The notes: a model not told the origin generated them from the letters alone. A stretch of DNA of 64,000 nucleotides from Acetobacteraceae bacterium (GCA_947475245.1 CANJLW010000001.1:36025-100024), one strand, 5' to 3'; positions 7,382-15,955 are shown, counted from the first letter of the stretch. Program-made: numbers and translations.

Positions 7382-8782
7382 GTGGCGCTGAAACCGACGG
7401 GATTCTGGAGCTATTCCAGCACTGACGAGGCTGCCTCCAATGGCCGGTTAAGCCGGTTGCGGCAGCAGATCGAACGCGAGTTACAGCTACAAGTCGGTCG
7501 GCCGAAGGTTGAAATCTTCCACGATATCACCTCCATTCCGCCTGGCACGGATTGGAACGACGTGATCACGGCGGCGCTCGAAAACTCCTCCTTCTTCATT
7601 CCAATCATTACCCCCGCTTTCCTGCACAGCGAGGTTTGCGCGTGGGAGGTAAAGACGTTCCGCGACATCATGAAAAAGCGTGGTCGTCACGACCTGATAG
7701 TCCCTATCTATTATTTGGATGTGGATGCACACGGGGTCGAACGCCGCCACGAATGGCACGATCCGACGATCCTGGATTTTTTGTTGACAAAGCACTGGTT
7801 GGATTTTCGTGCGTTGCGCGTCCGGGATCCGTCGACCGAGCCGGTGACCGAGTGGGTCGCCAAGACCGGGAAGGCAATCTATGCGACGCTCTCTAAGCCA
7901 CCCTCTAAACCGTTCACGACGTCGCCCGAGCAGAATACCCAGCAAGACCATCCGACTCCGCAGCCTTCGGTGTCCGTCAAACCCGTCCGCGCCCCCGGCA
8001 CCCGCTTCCGCGACCAGCCCCACTTTCCCGAAATGGTCGTCATCTCCCCCGGTCGCTTCATCATGGGTAGCGACAAATCCGGCCCCCACGCCGAACCGGG
8101 ACACAACAGCGACGAATCCCCCGCCCACGAAGTCGGCATCGCCGCCGCTTTCGCGCTCGGCCGCCTGCCGGTCACAAGGGGCGAATACGCCGCCTTCGTC
8201 AAGGCAACCGGCTACGATGCGGGCTCGGACTGGCAAGAACCCGACTTCCCCCAGACCGACGATCACCCCGTCGTGGGCGTGTCGTGGATCGATGCGGAGG
8301 CGTTTATCGATTGGCTGAACGCAGACCTTGCCGATAAACCCTACCGCCTGCCGACGGAGGCGGAATGGGAATACGCCGCGCGAGGGCAGACCGTGCTCGG
8401 CCCCCGGACGGAATTCGCGACCGGCGCGCGGATCGAACCCAACCAGGCGCAATACCGTTGGTCCGAAAGCTACGCCGGGTCGAAAACCCGATCCAAGGGC
8501 GCGCCCGGCACGGCGGTCGCGGGCAGCTTCCCGGGCAATGCGTTCGGCCTGCGCGATATGCACGGCAACGTCTGGGAATGGACGCAGGATGCCTATCGGG
8601 ACTCCTACAACGGCGCCCCGGACGACGGCAGCGCCATGGAGTTCACCCATTTCGAGTATCGCGTCCTGCGGGGCGGGTCCTGGATCTACAAGCCAAGGGA
8701 CCTGCGTTCTGCAACCCGCATCGAGGGTAAGCCTTCCGTCCGTGCCCCCTGGCTCGGCGTTCGGGTTGCGAGGACGCTGTAA
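7382..8782 (+). CDS. TIR-domain + FGE-sulfatase (SUMF1 / C-type lectin fold) fusion protein
   Basis: Probable GTG start at 7382 after GGAGA, in frame with ORF 7232..8782. TIR N-terminus: GFWSYSSTD, IFHDITSIPPGTDW, FFIPIITPAFLHSEVCAWEV. A Pro/Gln/Thr/Ser linker follows, then FGE motifs FPEMVVISPGRFIMGS, DESPAHEV, HPVVGVSWIDA, YRLPTEAEWEYAAR, NAFGLRDMHGNVWEW and RVLRGGSW. Confidence 0.88.
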   Translation: MALKPTGFWSYSSTDEAASNGRLSRLRQQIERELQLQVGRPKVEIFHDITSIPPGTDWNDVITAALENSSFFIPIITPAFLHSEVCAWEVKTFRDIMKKRGRHDLIVPIYYLDVDAHGVERRHEWHDPTILDFLLTKHWLDFRALRVRDPSTEPVTEWVAKTGKAIYATLSKPPSKPFTTSPEQNTQQDHPTPQPSVSVKPVRAPGTRFRDQPHFPEMVVISPGRFIMGSDKSGPHAEPGHNSDESPAHEVGIAAAFALGRLPVTRGEYAAFVKATGYDAGSDWQEPDFPQTDDHPVVGVSWIDAEAFIDWLNADLADKPYRLPTEAEWEYAARGQTVLGPRTEFATGARIEPNQAQYRWSESYAGSKTRSKGAPGTAVAGSFPGNAFGLRDMHGNVWEWTQDAYRDSYNGAPDDGSAMEFTHFEYRVLRGGSWIYKPRDLRSATRIEGKPSVRAPWLGVRVARTL

Positions 8783-8839
8783 CCTCTTGATTTTTTCAAT
8801 TTTTTACCTCTTGGGGTGGTCTGGAGGGGCGCTTGCCCC
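8660..8839 (+). other. Candidate DGR variable region with downstream pyrimidine tract and GC hairpin
   Basis: The C-terminus RVLRGGSW-IYK-P-R-D-LRSA-T-R-IEGK-P-SV-R-APWL-G-V-RVARTL* fits the DGR CLec VR scaffold. It is followed by cctctt-T-rich-cctctt (8783-8812) and the hairpin GGGGC-GCTT-GCCCC (8826-8839). No template repeat or RT in the window. Confidence 0.5.
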
Positions 8840-8961
8840 GCGGCCGTGCCGCCGTTCCGGCCGGTAACGCCGAGCTTGGCGCGCGGGAAGGGTGTTTCGT
8901 ATAATCGACGGTCCTGATCCACCCCGCCCGCCCGGTCAAAGCCGGACTTTGTTTTGCCGCG

Positions 8962-9660
8962 AAAGAACCCCTTGCACCCTGAACAACACCCCGCCGCCCG
9001 GTGCCGCAAGCCGACGCTTTTCGATGCCGGGAGTGACACGGTGTCGGCGCGGCGTTTCACGAAGGCGTTGGATCGACGCGCGGCAGGCCACCCGAACCTC
9101 CGCCGGACCCGCGCGGACAAGCAATCCGACGGCAACACCCTATGCGCCGTGAGGATGCCTCCCGCGGTCCGGCAGGCTCCGCGAAACGCCCACGCAAACA
9201 ATGTCGCCCAACCCGCCCCCGCGCGGGCCGCGTCGAATGGAAATCCAACAGCAAAGACCCCATGCAACCTGAACAACGCCCCACCGCCCGGTGCCGCCCT
9301 TATGATGCACGGAGTTTCACGAAGTCATCGGATCGACGCGCGGCAGGCCACCCGAACCTCCGCCGGACCCGCGCGGAAAAGCAGTCCGACGGCAACACCC
9401 TATGCGCCGTGAGGATGCCTCCCGCGGTCCGGCAGGCTCCGCGAACCTCCCACGCAAACACTGTCGCCCAACCCGCCCCCGCCGAGGCCGCGTGGAATGG
9501 AAATCCGACGCAAAGACCCCATGCACCCTGAACAACGCCCCGCCGCCCGCCGCCGCTTACCGCGATGGCGCGGCGTTTCACAAAGGCGTCGGATCGCCCC
9601 GCCGCCATCGAGAACCGGAAATCCGGGGGAATTACCCCATACACCCTGAGCAATCCCCGC
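8962..9660. repeat. Degenerate tandem repeat: units 8962-9252, 9253-9511, partial 9512-about 9630, fourth motif about 9631-9660
   Basis: Each unit opens with a variant of aaagaccccatgcaccctgaacaac. Segments 9071-9250 and 9331-9510 differ at 11 of 180 positions (manual count). Confidence 0.9.
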
Positions 9661-9677
9661 GGGCCGAGGCGTCGGCG

Positions 9678-9995
9678 CTACTTCCCAGGCTCGACCCGCG
9701 CCACCCAGACCAGCCGACCCAGACGCGCCAGGTTCTCCGGCGTCACCTGGCGCAGGCGGATGCGGTTCACCGCCTTGTCACGCCCGGCGAAGACGCCGTA
9801 GCGGGCCAGACGTTCATTGTGGAACCGTTCCGGATTGAAATCCAGCACCACGATCACGGTGCGCGGCTCGCTCGCCCCGCGCAGGCTTGGGTCAAGCCGA
9901 TGCGCCGCCGTCGCCATGCCGACAAGGTCCTGCCCGAACAGCACCAGGGCGATCAGCAGTACGCCGATCAGCAGGCGTATGCGCGCGGCGCGCAT
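9678..9995 (-). CDS. Small hypothetical protein (105 aa) with N-terminal signal/TM segment; last gene of the ABC operon
   Basis: ATG 3 bp after the permease stop; hydrophobic stretch LLIGVLLIALVLFG; GC-rich third codon positions. Confidence 0.65.
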   Translation of the reverse strand: MRAARIRLLIGVLLIALVLFGQDLVGMATAAHRLDPSLRGASEPRTVIVVLDFNPERFHNERLARYGVFAGRDKAVNRIRLRQVTPENLARLGRLVWVARVEPGK

Positions 9996-9998
9996 GGC

Positions 9999-10784
9999 TC
10001 AGCGGCTCCGGTCCGGGGCGATCAGGCCCCAGCGCTGCACGGTGCGGCGTTCGATCGGCAGCAGCAGCCAGCGATCCATGGCCATGGCGATGGCGCCGAT
10101 GATCAGGCAGCCCGCCACGATGATGTCGGCGCGGTGATACTCCGCCCCGCTGAAGATCAACTGCCCCAGCCCGGTCGTCGCGCCCACCAGTTCCGCCGCG
10201 ATCAGCGCGCGCCAGCCGAACCCAAGGCCGGATCGGATGCCGGTCAGGATATAGGGCAGGGCGCCCGGCAGGGTGACGGATCGGATCGACTCCCACCGGC
10301 TCGCTCCCAGCGTGCGCACGCCGTATTCCAGCACTTCCGGCACCAGTTGCACGCCCAGAACGGTATTCTGGAACACGATGAAGAACACGCTGTTCCAGAT
10401 CAGGAAGATCGCCAGCGCGCTGCCGACGCCGAACCAGCCGATGACCAGCGGCAGCCAGACGATGCCGGAAATGGCGTTGAAGAACACAACCAGCGGCGTA
10501 AGGAACGCCGCGATCGGACGATGCAGCCCGGCAACGAAGCCGGCGATCGTGCCGGTAACGATGCCGCACGCCGCCCCGCCCAGCAAACGGCCCAGACTGG
10601 CCAGGATGTCGGCGCCCAGCCGGTCGCCGAGCGCGAGTTCGCCGAAGGTGGCGATAACCCCGACGACCGATGGCATGACGGACGGCGGCGGCTGCTCGAT
10701 CGCCCAGTAGATCGACCAGGCCAGCAGCAGAACGGCGGGCGGGGCGGCGGGCAGCAGCCGCCAGACGATACGGTTCACCGTCAT
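9999..10784 (-). CDS. NitT/TauT family ABC transporter permease
   Basis: True start MTVNRIVWRLL (ATGA overlap at 10781-10784) inside ORF 9999..11489. EAA-like loop YGVRTLGASRWESIRSVTLPGALP and WRALIAAEL. Confidence 0.88.
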   Translation of the reverse strand: MTVNRIVWRLLPAAPPAVLLLAWSIYWAIEQPPPSVMPSVVGVIATFGELALGDRLGADILASLGRLLGGAACGIVTGTIAGFVAGLHRPIAAFLTPLVVFFNAISGIVWLPLVIGWFGVGSALAIFLIWNSVFFIVFQNTVLGVQLVPEVLEYGVRTLGASRWESIRSVTLPGALPYILTGIRSGLGFGWRALIAAELVGATTGLGQLIFSGAEYHRADIIVAGCLIIGAIAMAMDRWLLLPIERRTVQRWGLIAPDRSR

Positions 10785-11545
10785 TGCCGCAACAGCCCCC
10801 AGCGGGCGAGCGTCATGGACTCCACCGGCTGCACCAGCAGGCGATCGACGACGATATACAGGCAGCCGATCGCGATCATGCCGACCATGATACGATCGAT
10901 CTGGTTGAAGGTGCGCGCGCCGAAGATCAGGTCGCCGAGACCGCCCTGGCGGACCAGCATTTCGGAGGCGATCAGCGCGCGCCAGCCATAGCCCATGCCC
11001 AGGCGCGTGCCGACGACGATGCTGGGCAGCGCGCCCGGCAGATAGACGTCGCGCACGATGCGCAGCCGGCCCGCGCCCAGGGATTGCAGGGCCAGGACGT
11101 AGTTCTCGGGGATCGCGCGAACGCCGACCATGGTGTTGAAGACGATCGGCACGACCAGGGTATAGATGACGATGACCAGCGTGGTGGTGTGGGTGAAGCC
11201 GAACCACAGAATGGCCAACGGCAGCCAGGCAATGCCCGATATACCCTGAAAGAAGCGCAGGAACGGCTCCAACGCGCGGGCGGCGTATCGATTGGCGCCG
11301 ACGGCAAAGCCCAGGGGAACGCCGATGCCGAACGATATCAGCGCGGCGACGCCGATCAGATACAGGCTCGACGCGGCGTATTCCGCGAGGATGCCGTGCG
11401 TGACCAGATGCACGAAGGCATCCCAGACCGCGGGCGGCGCGACCAGCATCGTGTCGGACACCTGGGCGCCGACCTTGATCGCCCACCACAGCGCGATCAG
11501 CACGATGAAGGGCAGCAGGATGCGCAGTTCGCGAAGCAGCCGCAT
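10781..11545 (-). CDS. NitT/TauT family ABC transporter permease
   Basis: LALQSLGAGRLRIVRDVYLPGALPSI, GYGWRALIASEM; multiple TM segments. Confidence 0.9.
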   Translation of the reverse strand: MRLLRELRILLPFIVLIALWWAIKVGAQVSDTMLVAPPAVWDAFVHLVTHGILAEYAASSLYLIGVAALISFGIGVPLGFAVGANRYAARALEPFLRFFQGISGIAWLPLAILWFGFTHTTTLVIVIYTLVVPIVFNTMVGVRAIPENYVLALQSLGAGRLRIVRDVYLPGALPSIVVGTRLGMGYGWRALIASEMLVRQGGLGDLIFGARTFNQIDRIMVGMIAIGCLYIVVDRLLVQPVESMTLARWGLLRQ

Positions 11546-12321
11546 CAGACGCGTTCGGCGTGCACGAGGTGCATGACCTTCTCCGCGATGTCGCGCATTT
11601 CCGGATCGGCCGTGAAACTGTCCCAGTCGCGCCCGCCGGCGTTGCGGCGCGGGACGGCGAGTTCGGCCTTGATGGTGCCGGGGCGGCGGGTCATGACCAG
11701 GACGCGATCGGCCAGGAAGATGGCTTCTTCGACGCTATGGGTGATGAAGAACACCGTCTTGCCGGTGGCGGCGCAGAGACGGGCGAGTTCTTCCTGCAAC
11801 GTCAGCCGCGTCATCGCGTCGACGGCGGCGAAGGGCTCGTCCATCAGGATGATCTCGGGATCGGCCGCCCAGGTCCGCGCGACCGCGACGCGCTGCTTCA
11901 TGCCGCCGGACAGTTCGTGGGGATAACGGTCTTCGAAGCCGGTCAGGCTCATCAAGTCGATCAGGCGGGCGACGGTTTTGTCGCGTTCGGCTTTCGATGC
12001 GCCGGCGATTTCAAGCCCGTGGCCGATGTTCCGCCGCACCGTGCGCCAGGGCAGAATGGCGAGTTCCTGGAACACGACTCCGCGGTCGCGCCCCGGCCCC
12101 TTGATCGGCTTGCCGTCGCACAGGATCGTGCCTTCGCTGGGCTGGATGAAGCCGGCGATGGCTTTCAGCAGCGTGGTCTTGCCGCAGCCGGACGGGCCGA
12201 CCAGGGTCACGAACTCCCCCGGTTGGATCGTCAGATCGATGGTGCCGGTCGCCTGGACCGGCCCGGCTTCCGTCTGGAAGACATGACGAAAGCCGCTGAC
12301 GGCGATTTTGTCGGTCGCCAT
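11545..12321 (-). CDS. NitT/TauT family ABC transporter ATP-binding protein
   Basis: Walker A GPSGCGKT, signature LSGGMKQR, Walker B ILMDEPF, H-loop ITHS. Confidence 0.93.
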   Translation of the reverse strand: MATDKIAVSGFRHVFQTEAGPVQATGTIDLTIQPGEFVTLVGPSGCGKTTLLKAIAGFIQPSEGTILCDGKPIKGPGRDRGVVFQELAILPWRTVRRNIGHGLEIAGASKAERDKTVARLIDLMSLTGFEDRYPHELSGGMKQRVAVARTWAADPEIILMDEPFAAVDAMTRLTLQEELARLCAATGKTVFFITHSVEEAIFLADRVLVMTRRPGTIKAELAVPRRNAGGRDWDSFTADPEMRDIAEKVMHLVHAERV

Positions 12322-13379
12322 CAGTTGTCCAACTGGCCCTTGCAGTCCTCGACCTTGGTCGGCAGCGGCGGCAGACCCGCGAACAGGTCGGGGTGTTTGG
12401 CGACGATCCGTTCATAGACCGTGGTGTTGTAGAAGTCGGCGGCGACGAACGGCCGATCCATCTTGATCTGCCCGCTGCGCGCCAGGCCGTTGCCGCTGCG
12501 GATGCTGCCTTCGAGCGCGCAGACCGAGATGCGCGGGTCCCAGATCAGATGCGACAGACCCTCCGCCGCGTCGACGATGTTCAGCCCGTCGAGGTAGCGG
12601 GCGACGATTTCGGCGGTTTCCTGGCGGTTTTCGCGAATGAACTTCGTCGCCTGGACAATGCCGAGCGCGTATTTCTCGACGATGTCGGGGTTCTTGGCGA
12701 TCCAGGCTTCGTTGCCGACCAGCCCGACATTGTCGGACAGCAGGCCGGCTTCGCCGCGGCTGAGGATCGCGGCGTTGGCGCCGAGTTCGCGGATGGTCTG
12801 CGATGCGTAGGGTTCCCACGGCACGGTCGCGTCGACGATGCCTTGCGCCAGTGCCACCGGCATGTCTTCCACCAGCACGCTGACCAGTTGCACCTTGCCG
12901 ATATCGAGCCTCTGGCGGCGGAACCACTGCTTCATGTAGTATTCGTCGGTGCCCGCGGTGAAGCCCAGCTTCTTGCCCAGGATCGACGCCGGATTGGCCG
13001 CATCGATCCCGCGATCCCGCCTCCCCACAATCGCATACGCGCTTGCTCGGCCCATGTAGTCGGCGGCGTTGTAATAGGGGATGACACCGATCAGCTTGTC
13101 GCCCCCGGCCCGCGCGATGGCGAGTGTCCCGCTGATCGCGACATGGCCGAGTTGCGCTTCTCCGGCCTGCAGGGCCTGCACGACCATGCGTCCGCCGCCG
13201 GTCAGTTTCAGTTGCACGTTCAGGCCCTGTTCGGCCCAGTAGCCGTTTTCCAACGCCACGAAATGCGGCGACGACAGCAGGTTCTTGACCACGTAGGCGT
13301 TGAGGTCCTGCATTTTCTGGGCGAAAGCCGGCATCGCGGCGGCCAAAAACCCGAGGGCGAACAAGACTATGCGAGTCAC
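12321..13379 (-). CDS. NitT/TauT (SsuA/NMT1-like) ABC substrate-binding protein
   Basis: Signal peptide ending AFA; GKKLGFTAGTDEY and GIVDATVPWEPY; first gene of the operon. Confidence 0.85.
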   Translation of the reverse strand: MTRIVLFALGFLAAAMPAFAQKMQDLNAYVVKNLLSSPHFVALENGYWAEQGLNVQLKLTGGGRMVVQALQAGEAQLGHVAISGTLAIARAGGDKLIGVIPYYNAADYMGRASAYAIVGRRDRGIDAANPASILGKKLGFTAGTDEYYMKQWFRRQRLDIGKVQLVSVLVEDMPVALAQGIVDATVPWEPYASQTIRELGANAAILSRGEAGLLSDNVGLVGNEAWIAKNPDIVEKYALGIVQATKFIRENRQETAEIVARYLDGLNIVDAAEGLSHLIWDPRISVCALEGSIRSGNGLARSGQIKMDRPFVAADFYNTTVYERIVAKHPDLFAGLPPLPTKVEDCKGQLDN

Positions 13380-13465
13380 CTGACGATCCTTCCCATCCGC
13401 GCCGTTGTTCGGCGTCGGTTTGTTGCCGGACTATCTTACGGACGGGGTGGGGGTGCGCAAGGGCG

Positions 13466-14584
13466 CTACAGAAAGGCGAGCAGTCGTTCGGTAACCTGCT
13501 CGGGCTGTTCCTGCTGCACCCAATGGCCGGCGCCGGCCAGCAGGTCCACGCTGCGCATGTTGGGGCAGACGGTTGCCGCCATGCGTTCGATCGCGCCCGG
13601 CGACTGGTGAATGCCCCAGTCGGAGTGACCGGCGATGAACAGCGACGGGATGTCGATGGTGCGGCCGGCAAACAGTTGCTGGTCGGACAGGCCGACGGAT
13701 TGCGTGCGGCAGCGATACCATTGCAGCCCGCCCTGGAAACCGTTGCGTCGATACTCCTCACTGTAAACCCGCATTTCGTGGTCGGGCAGCCAGCGATTGG
13801 CGTCGATCGCGGCCTGGTCCGGCATTTCCGTCGCGACGGTTTCCGCCATGGTTTGGTGCAGGTCCATCACATAGTAGGTCGGCATTTTCGCCAGTTCGGG
13901 CGCGGTCCAACCCGTCAGCCGGAACGGTTGGTTCTGTGTCCAGTCGGCGCTTTTGTGGTGGTAATAGGCGCGCAGGAAGTCGTGAACACCTTGCTCGCAG
14001 TGAACCATGTCCGCGTTGGCCGAGCGGGTGGAGTAATACCATTGGTAGTGTTTGCGGGGGCGATCGAGCGAGGCCAGCGCGGCGTGGATGTCGGGGCTGG
14101 ACGGGGGCGTCGGCAAGGGTGGCGGGCCGCCGAACGGCGCGCTCATCAGTACAAGCTTCGGGAAGATGTCGGGGCGGACCAGCGCGCACCAACCGGCGAC
14201 GGAGGCACCGAAATCGTGCCCGACGACGGCGGCGACCGAACGATAGCCCAGGGCGGCGAGCAGGCCCATTGTGTCGCGCACGAGGTTCAGCAGGCGATAC
14301 GAGTAAAGATCGCCGTCATAGTCCGGGTCCCAACCCGTGGTGCGCCCATAGCCGCGCTGGTCCGGCGCGATGACGTGATACCCGGCCTGTGCGAGGGGCA
14401 CCATGATCTTGCGCCAGGAATAGGCCAGCTCGGGGAAGCCGTGCAGCAGCAGCAGGCAGGGCCGGTTCGGCGTCTCGAACCCGGCTTCGAGCATGTGCAT
14501 GAGCAGGCCGTTGCCGTTATCGACAAAGCGGGCACGGATACCGACGGGAAGAACGGCGGCGTCGAGGGGATGGATCTCGGTCAT
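13466..14584 (-). CDS. Alpha/beta-fold epoxide hydrolase
   Basis: HGFP oxyanion motif, APDQRGYG, Asp nucleophile GHDFGA, lid tyrosines (HYQWYY, LQWYR), catalytic His in GAGHWVQQE. Confidence 0.82.
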   Translation of the reverse strand: MTEIHPLDAAVLPVGIRARFVDNGNGLLMHMLEAGFETPNRPCLLLLHGFPELAYSWRKIMVPLAQAGYHVIAPDQRGYGRTTGWDPDYDGDLYSYRLLNLVRDTMGLLAALGYRSVAAVVGHDFGASVAGWCALVRPDIFPKLVLMSAPFGGPPPLPTPPSSPDIHAALASLDRPRKHYQWYYSTRSANADMVHCEQGVHDFLRAYYHHKSADWTQNQPFRLTGWTAPELAKMPTYYVMDLHQTMAETVATEMPDQAAIDANRWLPDHEMRVYSEEYRRNGFQGGLQWYRCRTQSVGLSDQQLFAGRTIDIPSLFIAGHSDWGIHQSPGAIERMAATVCPNMRSVDLLAGAGHWVQQEQPEQVTERLLAFL

Positions 14585-14680
14585 GGCGACAGCCGTAGCA
14601 TTGGCGGCGTGTCTCGGCCATCCATTGCCGGTGGGCCGATCGCGCCGGCGCAGAGTAACCTCCGCGCCGGCGTCGGTTCG

Positions 14681-15937
14681 TTAAGCCGGAATGCGTACCT
14701 TCATTTCGGTGATGCCGTGAATGAAGTTTGAGTAGATGCGCTTCGGCTCTTCCATCAGTTCGATGCGTGGGAAGCGCTTCATGATTTCTTCCCACAAGAT
14801 GATCAACTGCATCTCCGCCAGTCGGTTGCCGACGCAGCGATGCACGCCGAAGCCGAACGACAGGTGATGACGCGGACGCGCGCGGTCGATGATGAATTCG
14901 TTCGGTCGATCGATGGAGTCTTCGTCCCGGTTGCCCGAGATGTACCACATCACGACCTTGTCGCCTTCCTTGATCTGCTTGCCGCCGAGTTCGGTGTCCG
15001 CCTTGGCGGTGCGGCGCATATGCACGATGGGTGACTGCCAACGGATGATTTCCGGCACCATGCTGGGGATCAGGCCGGGATTGTCGCGCAGCTTCTGATA
15101 CTCGCCGGGGTTCTTGCACAGCGCCCAGAGACCGCCGCTCATGGAATTGCGCGTCGTGTCGTTGCCGCCGACGATCAGCAGAGTCAGGTTGCCGAGATAC
15201 TCCATGGGATCGTTGACCAGATCCTTCGTCGCCTCGGCATGCGCCAGCATCGAAATCAAATCGAAGCTCGGCGGGCGCGCGGCGCGTTCGTGCCACATGC
15301 CGGTGAAGGTGCGCAGCGCCTCCGTCAGGATTTCCAGCCGCTTTTCTTCGGAATCGACGATGCCGCCGGCGTTGACGTCGGCGGTGGCGCAGTCGGACCA
15401 AAACGTCAGCTTGGCGCGATCTTCTTCGGGGAAGTCGAACAGCGTCGTCAGCATCAGCGTCGTCAGTTCGATCGATACGTGCTGCACCCAGTCGAACGTC
15501 TCATTGCGCGGCAACCCGTCGAGCACCCGGCACACGCGCTCCCGAATGATGCCCGACATGTTGTTCAGATTGGCCGGCGCGACGATGGGGCTGACGGCCT
15601 TGCGCTGCTCGTCATGGCGCGGCGGGTCCATCGAGATGAAGCTGGATCGGCGATAGCGCGCCGGGCGATCGGTGATCGAGATGCCGCCCAACTGCGCGTC
15701 CGAGGAGAAAATCTCCGGCCGCGTCTCGACCGACATGATGTCCTTGAACTTCGTGACCGACCAGAACGAGCCGTACATGCCGTCCTTGCGGTAATGAACC
15801 GGGTCTTCCCGCCGCAGACGTTCGAAATACGGGTAGTAAATGTCGTCCTGGAACAGTTTCGGGTTGCTGACGTCGATCTGATCGAGCGGCAGCGCGTAGG
15901 CGTCCAGGGCGGGATCGAAGTTGACCGGCGCGTTCAT
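14681..15937 (-). CDS. Cytochrome P450, CYP153 family
   Basis: FISMDPPRHDEQRK, LLIVGGNDTTRNSMSG, EIIRWQSP, heme motif FGFGVHRCVG. The I-helix GGNDTTRNS and MDPP are characteristic of CYP153. Confidence 0.9.
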   Translation of the reverse strand: MNAPVNFDPALDAYALPLDQIDVSNPKLFQDDIYYPYFERLRREDPVHYRKDGMYGSFWSVTKFKDIMSVETRPEIFSSDAQLGGISITDRPARYRRSSFISMDPPRHDEQRKAVSPIVAPANLNNMSGIIRERVCRVLDGLPRNETFDWVQHVSIELTTLMLTTLFDFPEEDRAKLTFWSDCATADVNAGGIVDSEEKRLEILTEALRTFTGMWHERAARPPSFDLISMLAHAEATKDLVNDPMEYLGNLTLLIVGGNDTTRNSMSGGLWALCKNPGEYQKLRDNPGLIPSMVPEIIRWQSPIVHMRRTAKADTELGGKQIKEGDKVVMWYISGNRDEDSIDRPNEFIIDRARPRHHLSFGFGVHRCVGNRLAEMQLIILWEEIMKRFPRIELMEEPKRIYSNFIHGITEMKVRIPA

Positions 15938-15955
15938 GGCGAAGCCTCCTGAGAG

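Noticed and set aside
8783-8839. Intrinsic terminator for the TIR-FGE gene
   Set aside because: The T tract precedes the hairpin on the plus strand, and the minus strand gives an A tract after it, so the geometry is wrong in both orientations.
8962-9660. CRISPR array, or DGR template repeat
   Set aside because: Units are 260-290 bp with near-identical interiors, there are no unique spacers and no cas genes; there is no similarity to the candidate VR at 8660-8782.
9402-10991. 529-aa plus-strand ORF, and the 496-aa N-terminally extended permease ORF 9999..11489
   Set aside because: The first is the antisense shadow of the ABC permeases; the extension of the second overlaps the upstream permease in another frame.
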